DNA of 64,000 nucleotides from Malacoraja senta. Taxonomy: Eukaryota. Numbering within the stretch: the first letter of the stretch is position 1; each line of letters starts with the position of its first letter. Of this stretch, positions 22,317 to 35,297 are shown piece by piece. The stretch covers positions 1,612,001 through 1,676,000 of the forward strand of contig CM076001.1 in NCBI GenBank assembly GCA_038087875.1. Direction: 5' to 3'. The notes under the pieces were generated by a model, which worked only from the letters and a program-made list of their open reading frames with translations, did no database searches and was not told the DNA's origin. A program made the position numbers and the translations under genes.

Positions 22317-23532
22317 CCGCTTCACCACCAACTTCCATCCGGCACTCAAATACACCCGGACCATTTCCGACACTTCCCTACCATTCCTTGACCTCACTAT
22401 CTCCATCGCAGGTGATAGACTCCTTACCGACATCCACTACAAACCTACCGACTCCCATGGCTATCTGGACTACACTTCTTCCCACCCTGCTTCCTGTAAG
22501 GATTCCATCCCCCACTCCCAATTCCTCCGTCTACGCCGCATCTGCTCCCAGGATGAGACGTTCCACACCAGGGCATCTGAAATGTCCTCATTCTTCAGGG
22601 AACGGGGGTTCCCCTCCTCCACCATAGATGAGGCTCGCACCAGGGTCTCTGCCATACCCCGCAATACTGCTCTCTCTCCACACCCCCCCACTCACAACAA
22701 GGGCAGAGTCCCCCTAGTCCTCACCTTTCACCCCACCAGCCGTCACATACAACAAGTGATCCTCCGTCAATTTCGCCACCTCCAACGTGACCCCACCACT
22801 CGCCACATCTTCCCATCTCCCCCCATGTCTGCCTTCCGCAAAGACCGCTCCCTCCGTAACTCCCTTGTCAATTCTTCCCTTCCCTCCCATACCACCCCCT
22901 CCCCTGATACTTTCCCTTGCAACCGCAAGAGATGCAACACTTGTCCCTTCACCTCCCCCCTCTACTCCATTCAAAGACCCAAGCAGTCGTTCCAGGTGCG
23001 ACAGAGGTTCACCTGCCTCTCCTCCAACCTCATCTATTGCATCCGCTGCTCTAGATGCCAGCTGATCTACATCGGTGAGACGAAGCGGAGGCTTGACGAT
23101 CGTTTCGCCGAACACCTCCGGTCGGTCCGCAATAACCAACCTGACCTCCCGGTGGCTCAGCACTTCAACTCCCCATCCCATTCCGTATCTGATCTCTCTG
23201 TCCTGGGTCTCCTCCATGGCCACAGCGAGCAACACCGTAAATTGGAGGAAATGCACCTCATATTCCGCTTGGGCAGTCTACATCCTGGGGGCTTGAACAT
23301 TGAATTCTCCCAATTCTGCTAGCCCTTGCTGTCCCCTCCCCTTCATCAGCCATCTGGTTGTCTCCTCCTCTCCTCCAGCACTCGGGCTCCTCCTCCGCCT
23401 TTTCCCTTTTTTCCTTTCTTCTCCTCACCCCCTATCAGTCTGAAGAAGGGTTTCGGCCCGAAACGTTACCTATTTCCTTCGCTCCATAGATGCTGCTGCA
23501 CCCGCTGAGTTTCTCCAGCATTTTTGTGTACC
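22317..23532 (+). mobile_element. 5'-truncated Penelope-like retroelement (RT thumb plus GIY-YIG endonuclease) with 14-bp TSD
   Basis: Uninterrupted frame 22321-23322: LPFLDLTI...TDIHYKPTDSHGYLDYTSSHP...NLIYCIRC...YIGETKRRL..RFAEH. Flanked by ATTAACTTTTTAAT at 22303-22316 and 23533-23546. Confidence 0.93.
23434..23473 (+). ncRNA. Minimal type I hammerhead ribozyme motif in the Penelope tail
   Basis: AGU-CUGAAGA-A-GGGU(UUCG)GCCC-GAAACGUU-ACC: both core boxes, a 4-bp stem II, a palindromic ACGU stem III (dimer type) and a GUU cleavage triplet. Confidence 0.6.
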
Positions 23533-25406
23533 ATTAACTTTTTAATACTTGACTGCAGCATCTTTCCCAGCACCGAAGTCAGGCTAACTGGTCTCTAATT
23601 CACCGTTTTTTTCTCTCGCTCCGTTCTTGAAAAGTGGGATAACATTAGCTCTACTCCAATCCACAGGAACTGATCCTCGATCTATTGAACATTGGAAAAT
23701 GATCACCAAGCGTCCACTATTTCTAGAGCCACCTCCCTGAGGACCTTGGGATTATCATCCTTTAGTCCCATTAGCCTACCCAATACTATTTCTCGCCTAA
23801 TGAACATTTCTTTCAGTACCTCTACCCCCTTCGATCCTCAGCCCTCCAGTACATCTGGGAGGTTGTTTGTGTCTTCCTTAGTTAAGACAGATCCGAAGTA
23901 CCTGTTGAACTCTTCTTCCATTTCCTTGTTACCCATAATAATTTTACCGGTGTCTGCCTTCAAGGAACCCACATTTGACTTTGCTACTCTATTTCCCTTA
24001 ACATATCTAAATAAGCTTTTACTCTCCTTCCTTCTATTCCTGTCCAGGTTCCCCTCGTACTTCATCTTTTCGGCCCGTATTGCCCGTTTTGTTTCCTTCT
24101 GTTGTCCTATAAACGTTTCCCAATCCTCTGGCTTCCGGCTACTCTTTGCTGTGTTATACATCTTTTCTTTTAGGTTTATTCTATCACTAACTTCTCTTGT
24201 CACCCACGGTTGCCTCCTACTCCCCTTAGAATCTTTCTTCCTTTTTGGAATGAAATGATCCTGCGTCTTCCGGCCATTGCAGTTCCACCGTCATTCCTGC
24301 TAGGACCGCTTTATAGTTTGCCTTGGCCAGCTCAATAGACAATAGACTATATTGAAAGAAAATAGCAGACAATATTGGTATTGGGGTTAATGTGTTGACA
24401 TGGATAGAAAATTGGTTGGCAGTCAGGAAGCAAAGAGTAGGAGTGAAGGGATCCTTTTCAGAATAGCTCCTCTCTCATGTTCCTCTTTCATGCCTTCATA
24501 GTCCCCTTTGTTCAACTGATGCCGTCATAGTCCTCTATGTTCAATCTGTGGAATACTTTGCCACAAAGGCTGTGGGGGCTAATTCGGTGGATATTTTTTC
24601 ACGTAGAGATCGATAGATTATTGATTAGTACAGGCGTCAGTCGTTATGGGCAGAAAGCAGGAGAATGGGGTAGGAGGGGGGGATAGATAATTCATGATTG
24701 AATGGCGGATGAGACTTAATGGGCAGAATGGCCTCATTTTACTCCGAACCCTTGTGACCTTATGACCACCCGTGTCCGTATCAATCTTTCCAACTTCTGC
24801 CTGCTAACCCTGGGACGGAGCAGACGAACCACGCTGCCACAATAATTAATTTACATGTTCGTGTTTTATTAATCCTTGATAAACTCTACTGTTCTTCTCT
24901 CTTTTATTGCTCTTTCGTCCCATTAGCCACTTTTCTGAGAAAACTGCCGCTAGGTGCCCAGTGGATATGCTCAGGTGCCGATACCGCGTTACACTCTGGC
25001 TCTGCTGTCGCCGTCTGGAAACTCAAGTTGCACAGGTACAAGCCAGAAATGACAGCTTTCCTTGTCCCGTCATCGGATGTAAGGTTCAAGGAAATAAACC
25101 GCTGCTCAGAACATTCGTGAGCAACTTCACTGCGCGTGCGTTAGTTTGGATTTTTTTAAATTCATGCTTCACTGCCTGCTGTTGGAAATGTGTGGAGCGG
25201 TCGCCCACGTGATTGTGATTTCTGAATATTACATTGAAAAACAGTACCTGTTTGTTCCAAACTCTGTAAGTAATGTCCGCAGGGATATTATCTAATTGCA
25301 TATTTTCTCCGTTATTTACTTTATAAATGTGCCAGAGATTGGTTTGTTTCGCTGTCAATCGCTGAGTGGCAGCACCAGGAGTGATCGCCTGGACCGTCGA
25401 ATTAAA

Positions 25407-27722
25407 ATGTATTATAGTCTGATCCTGTATATAGAATCTGTATATTACCCGATTCTTGCAGCAATCGGTATACCCGGTAGGTAATTGTCGGCACATCACA
25501 TTGAACTAACAAAGACTGTTTGAAAAGTGCAGAGGAATAATGATTAAGAGAACATACGGAATAATCCGGCAGGGTTGAGGGCTGCACGAAGGCGCAGCGG
25601 CAGATGGTGCAAGGCTCGCTCCCCACTACGGTTGCTTGTCTTTCCAGAATTTGTACGTTCGCCTCGTGACCAGCGTCGGTTTTCTCTAACTCTCCAAGAC
25701 AGACAGGTTTGAAGGGTAATTGATTTGGTATATATTTTGTTTAAGTCACTAGTTTGTGTCGAACATTGTTAGTTTGCGGGGATCGCTGGTCGGCGCGGAC
25801 TCGATGGACCGGAGAACACGCTTCGAGGCTGTACATCTAAACAAAACTCATATTAGCCAATGTACATCTTAGGAGAGAGGAAACGCGTTGGCTTCTTTGG
25901 TCGCTCATAGACTCTGGTACAAGCTTAGCCTCCACGGACTTTGGCTACAACCGATGCCCCGCACCTGCATTGTTGGTAGGGCAAGCCACACGTCGTCGTC
26001 GCTGTGTGTGAGACTACCTGTTCCGCAGTGCGTAGTGCACCCGATAGAAAGAAAAAAACATCCCGTCCAGTAATTCGGCACAGCATTTTCTGTAACGCTC
26101 TTAACATTTCACAGGGATAATTTCGTAGGGACAGATTTCAAGATCGTATGAACAACTTACTCAACAAAAAACGTCAGTGTGAACAACCAGACATGTCCCC
26201 CCTCGGTTGGGAGGCAATTTTAAGATAGATTTTTTGAAGTACAGATAACAGAGACTGTCGCTGCAGCGATCATGCCGGGATAACAAAGTACTGGGTAACT
26301 CAGCGGGTCTTGTAGCATCTCTGGAAGACAGACGTAGGCGACGTATCGGGTCGGGATCCTTCCTCCGATCGGAGAATGAAGAAAGGGCCCCAGATGAAAC
26401 GTCGCCTATCCATGTCATCCAGAGATGCTACTTGAGCCACTGAGATACTTCAGCAGTTGTTCTTGTCAGGTATAGCACGGAGGCCCGCCCGCTATATCAG
26501 CAGAAAATACTGCTCGTTACATTGTTACTTTTGTTTGTCGCTGGAGGATGTATGTAATTATAATTGCAGTGCTTCACGGAATCCCATTCCTTGACATCAT
26601 GTTCTCAAATGTAGGCAAAAATGCTGGCGAAACTCAGCGGGTGAGGCAGCATCTATGGAGCGAAGGAAATAGGGAAAGTTTCGGGTCGAAATCCTTCTTC
26701 AAGCGAAGGAAATAGGCAACATTTCGTCCCCAATATGCGCACGTTTAAATTACCCTCACCCACCAACCGATAACCCCACACAATTAACCAGTTTATGTTT
26801 TCATTCCTTCCCAGTGAATCTGATGGCGATTGTGATCTTGTCCCGTGGCAAGTGCGGCCTCTCCAAGTGCATCACTCGTTACATGGTAGCCATGGCGACT
26901 GCGGACCTCTCTGTGCTTCTCATTGACGTGATATTTCATCGGATTGCTGATATATATTTATGGCATGCTTCATTGCCCTACACTCCTGTGTGCAAAATAA
27001 TACTGTTCCTGGCACCCGTGGCGGTGGATTGTTCTGTATGGTTCACAGTCGCTTTCACATTTGATCGCTTTGTTGCGATTTCTACTCAGAATATGAAAGC
27101 CAAGTATTGCACCGAGAGAACCGCGTCGATTGTTATCCTGACAGTGACCCCACTCATCTGCCTTCAGAACCTACCTTTGCCCTTCGCATACGTTCCTTAT
27201 TTCCCAATTGAACGGAATCTGGGCTGCGTCAAAGACGTCTATTTTTATATGCGTCGCGAATGGATGGTGTTCTCTTGGTCCGAACAGCTGTTCACCCCGA
27301 CGATTCCATTCTGCCTGATTTTGTTGCTGAACGCGCTCACCATCAGGCGCATTTTCGTGGCCAGTCGGGTCCGCAGGTACCTCCGAGACCGCAGCGGTGG
27401 GGAAAAAAAGAAAGACCAGGAGATGGTGAACCGCAGACGGTCGGTCGTTTTACTTCTGGCAATCTCGAGCTGCTTCATCCTGCTCTGGGCGACAAGTGTC
27501 GCACATTTTATTGCGGTTCGAAGTTTGCATTTGGTTAAACGCAGGTCCTGGACAAACCCTATGGTAGGATTGGAAAAGGTTGGATTCCTGCTTCAGCTGC
27601 TGAGCTCCTGCACCAACACGGCCATTTACACCGTGACACAGAGCAAGTTCAGAGAGGAGTTGCTCCGTGTGCTAACATATCCATTCCGTTGCACTGGAAA
27701 GATGTTTAAATCGGTAAAGTGA
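25407..27722 (+). CDS. GPR139/GPR142-like class A GPCR, intact two-exon gene (exon 1 25407-25476, exon 2 26815-27722; 325 aa)
   Basis: Exon 1 MYYSLILYIESVYYPILAAIGIP G|GTAGGT splices in frame to CCCAG|TGAATCTG (V-N-L-M-A). Seven hydrophobic segments, with FTFDRFVAI (DRY-like) and SSCTNTAIY (NPxxY-like). Confidence 0.88.
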
Positions 27723-28314
27723 TAGTTAAAATAATATCACAACAACGCGTGCGTGGCTTTGTGATAGAATTTATGTGAAAATACAACCATTAAATTTGTT
27801 GATATTTTACCCCCAGCTCCATTGTAAATTCATGGGCTCAATTTACTCCGACCTGATCTACGCATTCCCAGGTGATCAGTTGAATCTATCAACTGTTTTA
27901 TCACGAATATGTTTTCATAGCGCCGGAACATATTATGTTCGAAACGAGTGTGGAAAGACGAGTTGTCAGTTAAATGCGTGCAAGTTGTATTTTTTATTCC
28001 CTTTCACCATTTGAAAAACGTCTGATTGTTCATTATCGGGGCCTTTAATTTAAAGAGAATCTGCCGTTTTTGCAGCGGATGACCTGGATTGTGTGAAGTT
28101 CCAAACAGGCAGCGTGTTGTAAATACCTTCTAAGTGCGGAAAGTGTCTATCGAAAGTAAAGGTACAGATGAGGTATGCCGGAAAGCAAACAAGTCAAATG
28201 TAACAACTCAATCTTCGCCTTGGGTAACACGATCTCCCGCCTGCAAACATTTAAACTCCATTTCTCATTCCTATATAAACCTTTCTGCACTGTTCCTCCT
28301 CAACGGTTAGAATG

Positions 28315-31300
28315 AGGCCACACACAAATTGGAGGAGCAGCACCTTATATTTCGCTTGTGCAACTTACAATCCGGCGGTATGAACTTTGAATGCTCGCAT
28401 TCCAAATAATCCCCGGAGTCTCTCAATTTCTCTCCCTCTCTCCCCGAACCTAGCCATCATACTAGTTGTACTGCTCGCATGTTTATATTCGTTCGGTATC
28501 ACCTCTCCCCCAGCCAACAATGGGCGATTATGGCCTCCATTCTTCCTTGGCCACCTCTATTGTTCTGGCCTTTACTGACATCCAGTGCCCTCCGCTGTAT
28601 GTTCAGGCGGAAGAAGTGGCCCCGACCAGAAACATAATTTATCCCTTTTATCGAGAGATGCTACCTTCCCCGCCGAATCACTCCATCAGTGTGCGTCATT
28701 CTTCGCTATAAATCGGCATCTACAATTTCTTTCTACGCCACCCCTTCTGGCTGCTCCTTCCATAAACCCAATGAAATATTTCGGCATTTGGTTGCAACGG
28801 ACATCCAGTTAATGATTGGGGAATTATAAACGGGAACGAAAACCAAGTTGGCAAAATAATTTGTACCTAAAATTCCCGAGATAATTTAAAAACTGCACAG
28901 GTTCCAATTGATTAAGAAAGAACTGCTGGAAAAATCGACTGTGGCAAAAATGCTGGAGAAACTCAGCTGGTTAGGCAGCATCTGTGGAGCGAAGGAACAG
29001 GTGACGTTTCGGGTCAAGACCCTTTTTGGACTGATGTGGGGTTGGGGCGGGGTGGGTGGTGGGGGGGGCGGAAACCCGAAAGGTCACCTGTTTCTTCGCT
29101 GAATTGATGCTGCCTCGCCCGCTGAGTTTCTCCAGCATTTTTTTATCTATCTTCGATTTTTCCAGCATCTGCCCGTTTCCGCGCTAAACTAAACTAAACT
29201 AAACTAAACTAAACTAAACTAAACTAAACTGAACTGAACTAAATTAAACTAAACTAAACTAAACTAAACAAAGGTAAACTTGGTGTTGAGCCCATTGGTT
29301 GGCCATCGTACATTGTTCCTCGTTGACGAATGGTAGATGAATGGTAGAACATCAGCTGTGGATGTCTCGCCAACAGTCTGTTGGGACTTTAATATCGCGG
29401 ACCCTGCCATCCGTTTGTCGGGGATCCAATTTCCAACTTCAGGGCCTGTGGACTTTAACATCGTGTAGCCCGCGGTCTCTGGTAAGAAGAAGCCCGACTC
29501 GGGAGCTTCATGCCGCGGGGAGAGTTTTAACCGCTCCGACACGGGAGTATCGATCAGCACGATGGAGGATTCGATCGTCGGCTGCGGGGGCTTTGTTCGC
29601 CCCGACCTGCGAATGGTTTGACTGCCCCGACCGTGGGAGAAGAAGAGGAAGCAGATTAAACTTTACTGCCTTCCATCACAGTGATGAATATGAAATCAAC
29701 TGTGGTGTATGTACATGTTAACTTTTATCTGGTTTTGTGCCTTGTGACTTTTCACTTAGTATGGCTGTATGGTAACTCAAATTTCACTGTACCCTAACTG
29801 GTACATGTGACAATAAACTGACCTTGAAACCTGGAAAACGTCAATATCATGTGAATGTGGGGAGAATAAATTTGGGTTATCAAAATATGCGAATTTGTTA
29901 GTCAGCGTGTGCGCGTGTGTGCGCGTGTCTGTGTGTGTGTAATTTAACTCCAACTTCATCACCAAAATTGTTGCTCCTTTAATCCGGTGTAATTTGCGTT
30001 AATTTGCGATTGGCCTATAAAGCAATACAAGAAGGTGATCCGCATCCGCAATGCACTGACAATTTCTATTGGAAAATTCGTGGGCCGAGACAGAGTCTCC
30101 TGTGAAATGTTTACACATATTTCACTATCTCCTGCATCGTGGGGACAGTTAAATCTCTTACAATATCTGTTAAGGTGGTTTCTCAAATATATTAAGATAA
30201 AAATTAACTAGCTGAATGAAGGACCAGATGACATAGATTTTAATTGAAGCGGAATGGATTGAATAGGAACCTGAGGGGTAACTTTTTAACATAAAGGGTA
30301 GTGAGTGTATGGAACAAGCAGCCAGAAGAGGTAGCTGAGGCAGGGGCCACATCATCGTTTAACAAACAGTTTGACACGTAGATGGATAGGACTAGATTGG
30401 AGGGACATGGGTCAATCGCGAGCAGGTGGTAGTAGTGTTGCTGGGACATATTGGTCGATGTGGGCAAGATGAGCCGAAGGGCTTGTTTCCACGCTGTATC
30501 AATATGACCGAATGACTATGCCCCTCAATGCTCTGTGGAATTCTCAGCCTCACAAGCCAGTGGATTTAATTTCACATGCTATTTTCAATAGAAAGTTAGA
30601 TATAGCACAGACAATACAATACAATACACGGTGAAAACATTAACGACGCAGTGGTGCTAGTTCCCGACGGGCACGGTGAAGGATGCACCACACATCTCTG
30701 TCCTCCATGCAACTGGCAAGCTCCTCTGTTGTCTCTACACATGCGTCTTCCGTCAACGCCATCAGCATCGTCTTGATTGGCCGTACCGGATTAGGGCTAA
30801 CAGAATGAGGAGATATGGGAAAAAGCAGGAACGGGTACTGATTTTGTTTGATCAGCCGAATGCCCTACTCCTACACCAATTTTCTAAGTTTCTATGTCTA
30901 TGTTTCTGTTAGGGTTGTGGGGACAATGCGTATGCTCACGGTCTGCATCGGTGTCTAATGCGCAAATGTATTCGAAGGTCAATGTGTCCCTGCGGTGTGA
31001 CAGCACCCTGCGCCTCCCCATGTTCTTTCCGTTGTTACGGCGGCATCTGCCGTTCACTTGTATTTAGAAATAGAAACATGGAAACATAGAAAATAAGTGC
31101 AGGAGGTCTCAATTTGGCCCTTCGAGCCAGCACCGCCATTCATTGTGATCATGGCTGATCATCGACAATCAGAAACACGTGCCTGCCTTCTCCCCATATC
31201 CCCAGATTCCGCGAGCCCCCAGAGCTCTATCTAACTCTCTTTGAATTTCATCCAGAGAATTGGCCTCTATTGCCTTCTGTGGCAGGGAATTCCTTAGATT

Positions 31301-34300
31301 CACAACTCTCTTGGTGAAAACGTTTTTTTCTCATCCCAGTTTTAAATGGCCTCCCTTTATTCTTAGACTGTGGCCCCCTGATTCTGGACTCCCTTGGCAT
31401 TGGGAATATTTTTCCTGCATCTAGCTTATCCACTCCTTTTATAATTGTACATGTTTCTATAAAATCCCCACTCATCCTAAATTCCTGTGATAACCTGCCC
31501 AGTATTCCCAACATTTCCTCATATGACACTCCCGCCCATGCCGGGATTTTAACCTCGGGAACCTACGCTGCACTGCTTCAATAGCAAGGATGTCCTTCCT
31601 CAAATTAGGAGACCAAAACTGCACACAATGCTCCAGATGTGTTCTCACCAGGGCCCCGTACAACTGCAAAAGGTCCTCTTTACTCCTGTGCGCAAATCCA
31701 CTCGTTAAGAAGGCCAGCATACTACAATCGTTCTTCACTGCCTGCATGTTTACTTTCAGTGACTGGTGTACAAGGACACCCAGGTCTCGTTGCACTTCCC
31801 TTTTTCCTAATCTGACACCATTGAGATAATTACCTGCCTCCTTGTTCTTGCCGCCAAAGTGGATTATCTCACATTTATCTACATTCTACTGCATCTCCCA
31901 TGCATCTGCCCACTCAGGACCTCTGACTGGAAAATCGTCGGTAACCGGAAGGCCACCCCACTCGAATTTGTGCTGAGGTAGCTCATTTAGAACCCCCCCC
32001 CCCCCCCACACCCCCTTCCCACTCCAGGAGACAGATGGGTTCATCACTGGCAACTGTATGCGTCTCTTGCAGAAAACTTACTGATATTTCCCCTTTCTGA
32101 GGACTGATTGATGATGAAACCTACGAAGGTCCCCCCTTCCGCCATTTATCTTTAGACTAGAAACTGTGATCTTCATGTTGAAGACACAGGGAAGGTTTTC
32201 CCTCACACTCTCGTAGGAGTGGGGCTTCTCCGTCTTAGAAGCTTTCAAAAACGTCCCCGAACTGATGCGTCTCAGACTCGGGACAACCTCTTTACTGCGA
32301 AAGGTATCATCAAGTGGCGGGTTAAGTACCGGCTGCTCCGGCCACTGTTTACCAGTTTGTTACTACTGCACTTGTTTGCTTTAGAAACTCCCGAAGCTCC
32401 CAGATGCCGGCCCCTCTAGACAAAGCACTGGAATCCGGGCATTGTGCCAACCCACTGACACCTGAAGCAACATCTCCCCCTCGCTACGCTCAAGGTCATC
32501 GTCTGAGTTCGGAGTGCTGCCGCTTGCTGCCAGCTCGCTCGCCCCACTGCATAAGCTGTAAGCTGGCTACATCGCGCTCCCCCTCCTCCGGCATGATCCC
32601 ACCCCCGGGATCAGTGTCGAGGGAGGGTCCCGATAACTCTGACAGCGATGAGCCGGCCAGTGAATGGCCAGACTCGTGCACTCACCCATAGCCTCCTAAA
32701 ACTGGAACTGGGAAAGAACAAACAAGAGACGTCGCCAGGGCCCGCGGTTCGCAGGCACCCCCGGAATCCGATTGAGGGTCACGACCCGAGACAGCCCCGT
32801 CCCCTTCCGCACCAAGGGTACCCGCTACAACAGTATCACCCAGAGAGACTGCAGCCTCCGCCACCAGGGGAGTATCCTCACTATGGCCTTTTGAAGGAGT
32901 AGGTGACTCTCGATTCTCCCCTACTTCCTCAGTCGATGGGGCAGCAATCCCTCAGATAGCTCTAATGAGGAGCTCTAATGAGGAGCACAGGCTGGGAAAC
33001 CACTCCTAAACTCCATCCTCCCCTTTCGGGTTGCCTCTGCTTGTCCTCCATACCAGGGGACACATTTCTAGGGGCGCCAACCCCAGCAACACGTGAGATA
33101 ACACGCTCGGAAGGTCACCGACCTCGACAGTGGAGGAAGGTCTCGAAGAAGGTTGCCCCATAACTTTGGGCACTCCCTCAAAGGGCCCACGCCTTCTTTT
33201 TGTCCCGCTGAAGTGCGGCGGTAGAGTGACCTCAACAAAGGAAGAGTCCTCCGACTCCACACTACCAGCTTTCTCTCTTCCCCATTGTGAACCTCCCCAG
33301 CTCCTTGCTGAACCCCGCCAGGTGCTTCCTGGACCTTACAGGGACCAACATTCTCCCTTTGGGATTGCCCAGGTGTGGGCGTGGGCCTTCATCTTGCGGG
33401 TGGCTTGTTTGGAGGTGTGTATTCTTCTTCTTGGACTTCTTCCCTCTCTGCATCGGCATCCCTCCCCCTCCACACACCCCCGCCGAGCTCCCCTGGGCCT
33501 CGCCATCATCCGCCGTGGCAGGTACAGAACGTGGGGGGCGGGGAGCCTCATAGAGCCCACCAATGTCGCTCCGGGTTACCGAGGTGGAACTGGCAGCCCC
33601 GGATGGACCAGCAGTGCTTTCCTGTGCTGCTGCGTTGGGATTTCTCGCAGCATCCCGACGATTGGGACAATCCCTGCGGACGTATCCAAACTCCTTGCAC
33701 GCATGACACGGTGCCTCCCCCCAACTGCAACGCACGCGGTAGGGAATCCCATCATGCTCCACGAAGAAGCTCCCCTCTACGCCCGACCCCGTTCTCACCT
33801 TCATAAACACCCACCTCTTAAAACGCAAGATCCCTTTAGAACGCGGGTCACGCCAGGGCTGTATAAGCCTAGTCAGCCTGGACCTCACCTCCCCAAGTCA
33901 ACATAAAGCTCCTATTCGAGAGACCCCGAAGACGCAGCCGAAACCACAGCTGCGTAGCTCTGAGCCTGAGACCATGCCGCCGCTATCCTGACAGTGGTAC
34001 AAACCAGCACCTCAGACAACAGCAGTCTCAGCTCAAGAGCGATCTGTGAGTCAGTCTCAGCAGAAGCAGTTCTCTCCAGCCGAGCAAGGAAATACGTCAA
34101 GCCCAAATTGTCTGCCGAGAGCATCTCTATGGGGTCTTTTATCAGGCCTTCCAAGCCTCCGGAAACTGCCGGATTCGAAAAGCACCCTCTTATTTTCAGC
34201 ACAGGCGACCTGCTCTGGGCAAAACGGCATGGGAGCAGGGTTACGGTGCTAGAAACGATATAAAACATGGCCACTTTCCGACTCCCGTCTCCAGGTACGA

Positions 34301-34475
34301 GTGGCAATCCGCCAGTCACTGCCGCTCTCGCGGCACTCAGATTCGCTGGGAATCATCACAAAAAGGAAAGTTTCCGCAGTCCGACGTTGGTCAAACCTCG
34401 AACTCTCACTGCCTCTGTCCCTCTACCTTTGGCAAAAAAACTTTTGAAAGGTAGCTTCGAAACTTCTCAGCGTCG
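28315..34475. repeat. Segmental duplication block A, copy 2 (includes Penelope remnant, hairpin, CR1, Tx1)
   Basis: Near-identical to 1-6159. Confidence 0.95.
31920..34475 (-). mobile_element. Tx1/L1-clade element, duplicate copy
   Basis: ORF 33262-33888 with RFKRWVFMKV...CHACKEFGYVRRDC. Confidence 0.7.
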
Positions 34476-34787
34476 NNNNNNNNNNNNNNNNNNNNNNNNN
34501 NNNNNNNNNNNNNNNNNNNNNNNNNNNNNNNNNNNNNNNNNNNNNNNNNNNNNNNNNNNNNNNNNNNNNNNNNNNNNNNNNNNNNNNNNNNNNNNNNNNN
34601 NNNNNNNNNNNNNNNNNNNNNNNNNNNNNNNNNNNNNNNNNNNNNNNNNNNNNNNNNNNNNNNNNNNNNNNNNNNNNNNNNNNNNNNNNNNNNNNNNNNN
34701 NNNNNNNNNNNNNNNNNNNNNNNNNNNNNNNNNNNNNNNNNNNNNNNNNNNNNNNNNNNNNNNNNNNNNNNNNNNNNNNNNNNNNNN
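34476..34787. other. Assembly gap (312 N)
   Basis: N run. Confidence 1.
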
Positions 34788-34939
34788 GTGTTTCTGTAAA
34801 TATCAATATAATTTATCTTTGTAATCTTTCTCTTTCTTTCCTTCCCTCGCAACGTGCAATCAATCCATACTACACTGAGATTCTCGGATAGCGCTCCAGA
34901 TGTTCTGCAGTGCTCTGTGCCTGTATTCAGCCACATTGA

Positions 34940-34978
34940 GGTTTTGGTACAGCTATCTCACTGCGCTGTGTCACTGTG
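34940..34978 (-). promoter_or_regulatory. 23-RSS of supporting TCR-delta V2
   Basis: CACAGTG (34978-34972), 23 nt, ACCAAAACC (34948-34940). Confidence 0.95.
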
Positions 34979-35297
34979 CGATGCGCGGACTCATCCCACA
35001 GTAATACACAGCCGCGTCGCCCGGCAGCATTTCAGATAGCGTTAACAGATAGCGTTAACTGGCTGATTTTCTGGCCAGGATCGAGAGAACCAGTAATACG
35101 GCCTTCGGCAGCCTCTTCCTTATCTTGCTTTCCTGAAGTGTGTCTTTGGAGCAGGAATTCCAGAGCCTGCCCTGGGAAATGTCGGAACCAGTGTACTGTG
35201 TACGAACAGAATCCGGAATATACGCAGTTAAGAGAGACAGTGTCACCAGAAAGAGAGGATTGTTGAGGCGGACTCTGGGAACCCGCGGAAATGGAAT
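34979..35297 (-). pseudogene. Leaderless supporting TCR-delta V, copy 2, frameshifted
   Basis: Retains HWFRH but carries a 13-bp tandem duplication (CAGATAGCGTTAA at 35033-35045 and 35046-35058), giving LTLSVNAI* before the second Cys. Confidence 0.88.

Larger units (their letters stand above)
20975..24300 (-). mobile_element. CR1 LINE (minus strand) split by a Penelope insertion at 22317-23532
   Basis: CR1 RT motifs at 21000-22300 (QHGFMKGKSCL, CEVIHFGG) continue at 23547-24300 (KIIMGNKEM) after the TSD. Confidence 0.8.
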
